Source: Mytilus californianus (Eukaryota). Taken from it: DNA of 40,016 nucleotides. Position 1 is the first letter of the stretch; each line of letters opens with the position of its first letter. Where the stretch lies: contig NW_026262734.1 in the NCBI RefSeq assembly GCF_021869535.1, forward strand, positions 40,152,487 through 40,192,502. The letters are read 5' to 3'. Shown here piece after piece: positions 34,963 to 40,016 of the stretch. The notes beneath the pieces are model-generated. The model saw only the letters and a list, made by a program, of their open reading frames with translations, was not told the origin of the DNA and did no database searches. The translations under genes and the position numbers were made by a program.

Positions 34963-35007
34963 TGGTAGGAACGGTTGTTGTGGTAGAAGTTGTTGTCGTC
35001 GTGGCAA
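34963..35007 (-). CDS. Minus-gene 45-bp mini-exon (phase 1-1), a Thr-rich linker: ATTTTTSTTTTVPT
   Basis: Acceptor aatttcag|tt and donor ctacca|gtaagtacc. The phase links the VWA exon to the ChtBD2 exon. Confidence 0.55.
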
Positions 35008-35849
35008 CTGAAATTATAATTAATATTATAAAATATGAAAATTTCTCAATGATTTAGAATTTTTTGAATATTGTAAAAGGCAAGATTGTAATGAGTTAAA
35101 AGGAAAACTTGTAATGTGTTAAAGGATAACTGGTAATAGGTTAAAGGAAAAATTGTAATGTGTTTATGGAAAAAGTGATTTCCTTTATCGTTTGTTTTAA
35201 AAATAATGAATGGTAGAACATAAATGGTGTGACTGTTTGATCCTGTTAAATTTATAAAGTACAGTTACCTAATAGAAATGCACGTGTTTGAGCTTTTGAT
35301 TTTGCCATTTGATGAGGGACTGTCTGATTTGGTTTTCCATGGAGTTCGGTATTTTTGTTATTTTATTTTTTCGACACACTACAGACGTATTGAAACAATG
35401 ATTTCAGATTGTGTTCTATTTGGTTACTAAATAAGAGAAAAATTAACCGACGACAGAAGGATCATAGTTAGTCAGTAATAAACAGTAAACCAATATAATT
35501 TCAACGATCGAAATCGAAATTAAAATCATTGTACTAATATCCAAACGAACATGAGGTTGTAACATATCATCTGCCATGACTAAACTTTCAATTATTTTCC
35601 AGATGAGCTCCAAAAGTGCTACAGTCGCCTTCTGCATATACTAGAGTCATGTCATAGACCAAACATACTTACTGTATTCGTTTTATCATTAATATTGGCC
35701 TTTGTTAGTGCCTGATATTGACACTTGTCATTGGATGTGATTTGAAAATCGTGTGTCTAAATGCTGATACACCAGTATCTATTTAGAAATGTAATCCTTA
35801 TAAAGGTAATCTACCATATAATTTAGTTGGTCTTTTAAATTTTTTGGAT

Positions 35850-35935
35850 ACTATCGTCACTGCTGAGAGTTTTGTAGACGAAAAGCTCGTCTGGCGTACA
35901 CAATTTAATCCTTGTATCTATTATGAGTTTATATT
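35850..35935 (+). repeat. Family C short interspersed unit
   Basis: tatcgtcactgctgagagttttgtagacgaaaagctcgtctggcgtacacaatttaatccttgtatctattatgagttta. Confidence 0.55.
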
Positions 35936-36101
35936 CATACATGAGATATACTTATATAAAAGAATTTTTTGTAGATGTACAAAGAAAAAATACAAAGAAA
36001 AAAATAATTCTTTTTTCATCCTCACGTTACTTTATTTTTCATGCGCGCTAAAGATTTGAATGAATATGTATCTAATTTATCTGATAATTGTATGTACTTA
36101 C

Positions 36102-36679
36102 GATTGCAAATCAAACTATTCAATATTGGCAGAGCAGTCAGCATTTCTTCGAAATCTTTTACAACGATAACATTGGTAATAACATTATGCGCTATTCTAT
36201 ATAATTCGTCTATCATTGTCTGTCGTTCGTTAATCGAATATTTGGGACTGACAATTCCAACAACGAAAATAGTAATGCCTTGGGCAAATGCTAAATCAGC
36301 CTCATCTTTCGTTAGAGCTGGATATGCCGATTTACCATCCGTGATAATAATACCGAATTGTGGATTGGTAATTATTTGTGGAGCCCTCTTCAATCTAAGT
36401 CTAATTTCTTTAATAGCCAAATGTGTATTGGTACCTATTTTAAGCATAGTTGCTGCTTGCAATTTTGCTTTTATAATCATTTTGTCAAAGGTATCATCAA
36501 CTATATCCTTTATGGTTGTGCTGAAGGTAAACACAGATCTAATTCGAATATTAGCTTGTCCTATGCGCATGTTGTCCACTAATATATTGACAAAATCCTT
36601 GGAGTCTTGAAAATCTGGTTTTGTTAGACTGTCTGAGGAATCTAGTGCAATTGCAATATCGGCAGGACCAAGGCATTCT
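36102..36679 (-). CDS. Minus-gene exon (phase 1-1), a complete VWA domain with MIDAS motif DxSxS: (E)CLGPADIAIALDSSDSLTKPDFQDSKDFVNILVDNMRIGQANIRIRSVFTFST...GIIITDGKSAYPALTKDEADLAFAQGITIFVVGIV...VVKDFEEMLTALPILNSLICN
   Basis: Acceptor ccatttcgtatttcag|aa and donor aatc|gtaagtac. The frame is open. VWA hallmarks are DSSDS, ITDG and IFVVGI. The plus-strand ORF 36041-36610 is the antisense artefact of this exon. Confidence 0.8.
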
Positions 36680-37851
36680 GAAATACGAAATGGGTCATCA
36701 TATTGCAGTTACAAATACCAAATATTAACTTAGAATATGTATTCTAAGAACAGAAAAAAAAAACCAATTAAAATTAACGTCAGTTGGGCATTTATAAAGA
36801 CCTCAATTTAAAGTTGCCAACAGTTAGTGAACAGCTTCTACCCCTGTAGTTAAAACATACATTCAACAATGAAGTTTTCAAAAACCGTATTGTCAGGACA
36901 ATTACATATTTCTTATGAACTTGAATGGTCTATCATCAGAAATACGCTTAGAACGGAAACAAAAACTAGGACTAATCACTTCGACATACATTTTACCTAT
37001 TTAATGGTTGTCAAGGTAAGAATATTTATCCGTTTTATGAACTGGAAAAAGTCATTGCTGAGTCAACGATACACAATTGTATGTGTTTTTGAACACTTAC
37101 CGACCAATTTTTTCTCTTTTTAAAATTTAATGTCCTTGCATAATTCGGTTAAATTATTTATAAGTTAAGCAGGTTAAAAGGTTGAATATTTTTAACTTGA
37201 GTTTTTGGACCCTTCCTACGATATTGTGTTCAAAATATTAGCCTTTTATGTTGTATTCAAAATTTAAGTGTAAAACTTCATTTGTACCAATGATCTACAC
37301 AATATATAACTATGAAGAAAAAATGAAAATGTATGCTTAACAAAACAACACTTAAACAGGTTTTTTTTTACGAGAATCGACTTAATTATATTTGTAAGGG
37401 GACCATTCACATGTTGGTTGATATTTCACATATCATTTCAGAATCAAATCGTTATAGATACTACGTGTTTATAACTCTTCGCCTGAATTTATTCCTTAAT
37501 ATGTCCTATTTCTGATTTAAAAGTTTCTAAAGGACATGAGATAGAATTGACAGTCCAGGTAAACGTTAAGAAAGACTACCAGTATTTGTAACACTGACTA
37601 AAAAGTTAATTATAGTATCAAAGTTAAAGGATTATTTCAAAAACTGTTGGTATTGGATTAAAACAAGAAAAGAACGAAGCTTTTATAAATTAGAAATGGT
37701 ACATTCAACTCAACTCCTGTGACATATTTCTACTACTACAGAGAACAATATCAAAATAGGTTTTTAATAGCAACATTGAGTTCACGTGTACAGGATTACA
37801 CCGTGGATGTATTTATGACGTTATGATCACGTGTCCAGTGTTGACATACCT

Positions 37852-38011
37852 GTTAGATTTGTTGTATAGTCGGGCCTGGTTACTGTCACTATGGTGGTGG
37901 TAGTTGTTGTTGCTGGGGTTGTGGTTGTTGTAGTTGTTGTGGTTGTGGTGGTTGTCGCTAAGGAAGTTGTTGCAGCAACAGTTGTTGTTAAAACTGGAAC
38001 CAGTGGTATTA
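37852..38011 (-). CDS. Minus-gene exon (phase 1-1), a Thr-rich mucin-like linker: IPLVPVLTTTVAATTSLATTTTTTTTTTTPATTTTTTIVTVTRPDYTTNLT
   Basis: Acceptor aatttgcag|ta and donor ctaacag|gtatgtc. The frame is open. Confidence 0.6.
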
Positions 38012-38291
38012 CTGCAAATTAAATCCAAAATATTACTGCTAATTGAACTGCACATTTTTTACGCAAGTTATAATTGCAGTTAATCTTATGCAAATAACAT
38101 GTTTCTAGCAGAAGTATAATAGATATAGCATGTTGATGAGGCTCAAGACTTCCCCTAGGATAGTTAGCTCTAAGAAAAGAAAATTTTTAAACTTAAATCT
38201 TCGAAATGAAAATCACATATGATTTACAATACCATAACGTCACATTTTGCTAACAAAATTGACGTTAGTTATGTTTACGTTAATAACTTAC

Positions 38292-38861
38292 ATGAATTTA
38301 GCATGTTAATTAGCCACACCTTGCCATCTGTGTTTAAGCTTGCTATATTGTTAACTGTAAACGTATTTGCTGAAAAACCGTTTGCCATGTTTACCAAGTC
38401 TTGTTGTGTAAGAGCCGATCCTGCCTGTGAAACCCTCATAGGTAATATATATATCCCATTTGCATATGCCTGGTACGCAAGTTGAGATGTGATGTATTTT
38501 GAATATCCTTCATCATCAACTAGGAGAACGCCAGCTTTTACCATATTTGATTGTTGATTTTGAGTAAGTGAATCAATAATATACTGTAAAGAAGCTGATG
38601 TCCTTGGGTAAGTGGTTCGAATGTCACTTTGTGTCTGGAATGCATTCTGCAGGCTGGCATAGTCACTGTGTAAGCCAAAATTTATCAACGGAGCATATGT
38701 CTGCTGGTCGAATTCGAACACTCCAATTTTCATTCTACCTTTACATTCTGGTTCTGACGATCCAATGAAAGCTCCTATAATTTTACGAACTTCCTTCATT
38801 GCACTTGGTTCCAGATCTCCCATTTGTCCCATGGAGACATCAACATTACAACCGTAATTTC
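38292..38861 (-). CDS. Minus-gene exon (phase 1-1), a VWA-like domain with a degenerate MIDAS: NYGCNVDVSMGQMGDLEPSAMKEVRKIIGAFIG...RMKIGVFEFDQQTYAPLINFG...KAGVLLVDDEGYSKY...ANGIYILPMRV...TFTVNNIASLNTDGKVWLINMLNS
   Basis: Acceptor tttatctatag|ga and donor aattcat|gtaagtta. The 190-codon frame is open and retains the VWA beta-strand pattern. Confidence 0.7.
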
Positions 38862-39214
38862 CTATAGATAAATTGAAACATCTATATATATAGAAACCGA
38901 TAATGATATAATGTAATAAATACGGGTTGACTAACATTGAGAGAATTAAAAAACTTTCTGTAAGTTACAAGAGTATCTTGCAAACATAAATTAATGAAAA
39001 GCATTTCCGATATTTGTTTTTACCATATTGAGGCGACAGTAGTATACCGATGGTGAAATGTCATAAATCGATTATGAAGGGACAAATGAAGGCAACATGA
39101 ACTCCAAGAGGAGAGAGATCGGTTGTGTCGACAGGGTTAGTGCCTCCTGTTATGCATGGGTCATCAGTCATGAAAATTACACTAGGTCAAAATGTAATAA
39201 TCCAGTAACACAAG

Positions 39215-39300
39215 TTTATCGTCACCGTTGAGTCTTTTGTAGACAAATCACGCGTCTGGCGTACACGATGTTAATCCGGGTATCTTTGATGAGTTCATTA
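39215..39300 (+). repeat. Family C short interspersed unit
   Basis: tatcgtcaccgttgagtcttttgtagacaaatcacgcgtctggcgtacacgatgttaatccgggtatctttgatgagttcatta. Confidence 0.55.
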
Positions 39301-39663
39301 TCGAATTGATGGTACAGCATAGTATCTTAATTGTATTGAGTATAAAAACCGTCAGTTTTGCAGGATATGCTATGAAAGTATGAAGATACAAAGTATTCAA
39401 TAAAACTTTTAGTTTTACTCTTTACTTGGAATGAGAAAATACTTGGATATGTTATCGGTTTTAAAAGGTTTTTCATTTTGAAGGAATTATCTTTATATAA
39501 ATGCTTTGTAAGGTATTTAGACTTATTACATACATTGGATAATGTATGTAGTTTCTTTTAATTTTCACTTTTAAGAATGAAACTAATCGTTTATTATTTT
39601 CATTAAGATTTCGAAAATTCAGATTTGTATACATAAACAAATTCCCTGTAATAAGGTACTTAC

Positions 39664-40016
39664 CAACTTTCATTATCACGTTTGCAAGATATTTGCTCAA
39701 TTCAATTGGGTTTTTTGTTCCGTTATTTCTGATATAGTTTCTGGAGAGCCACATAGTATTATTCGCGTTACCACCAGCCATGAGAACTGCATCTTGATAA
39801 TCAACCGAATTTTCATAATCAATTCCGTCCACATTGTATGGAATAACTGTTATACCATTTTCCCTCATCATCTGTGCAATCTTCAACACCCTATCTTTAT
39901 TGCCTAGTCCCCCGGAATAGAATACTACTGCGTATTGTGGTCTGCCAGCTACCTTCTGCCGAGACAATGTAAAGTACATATTCATCATGGACTGCGCTAG
40001 AGGTTCATTTTCCAAA
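39664..40016 (-). CDS. Minus-gene exon, the 3' part of a further VWA domain; the exon continues beyond the window end: ...LAQSMMNMYFTLSRQKVAGRPQYAVVFYSGGLGNKDRVLKIAQMMRENGITVIPYNVDGIDYENSVDYQDAVLMAGGNANNTMWLSRNYIRNNGTKNPIELSKYLANVIMKVG
   Basis: The frame is open to the window edge. Donor aaagttg|gtaagtacc. The VWA C-terminal pattern is present (VVFYSGG corresponding to ITDG, and GITVIPYNVDG). Confidence 0.65.

Noticed and set aside
36041-36610. 189-aa plus-strand ORF
   Set aside because: It is the antisense of the well-supported VWA exon 36102-36679. Its composition is hydrophobic and low-complexity with no domain features.

Overview
AT-rich, intron-rich eukaryotic (most likely bivalve-mollusc) genomic DNA. 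No prokaryotic operon structure, rRNA/tRNA genes or CRISPR arrays were found. The listed six-frame ORFs are mostly exon fragments or low-complexity artefacts; the ORF track evidently accepts TTG and GTG as starts.

Two multi-exon genes converge tail-to-tail:
- Minus strand (40016 down to about 25242): at least 12 phase-consistent exons encoding three VWA domains, two Thr-rich mucin-like linkers, two peritrophin-A type chitin-binding domains, a CP.G…C.C cysteine module and a LamG/concanavalin-like C-terminus. This is the Pif/BMSP shell-matrix-protein architecture. Its 5' end lies beyond the window.
- Plus strand (7151-23469): seven phase-consistent exons of a paralogous 3' half with a ChtBD2-like exon, a Pro-rich repeat exon, the same cysteine module and a LamG-like domain ending in a stop. 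One intron is GC-AG. Its 5' part was not found in the window.

Introns and the 5' 5 kb are packed with non-autonomous repeats:
- a 183-bp satellite array inside a direct-repeat-flanked element;
- several TIR-bounded MITE families, including a TTAA-flanked one and a nested insertion;
- a 61-bp minisatellite;
- a 450-bp duplication bracketing one exon;
- several short interspersed families;
- a frameshifted TE-ORF remnant inside an intron.
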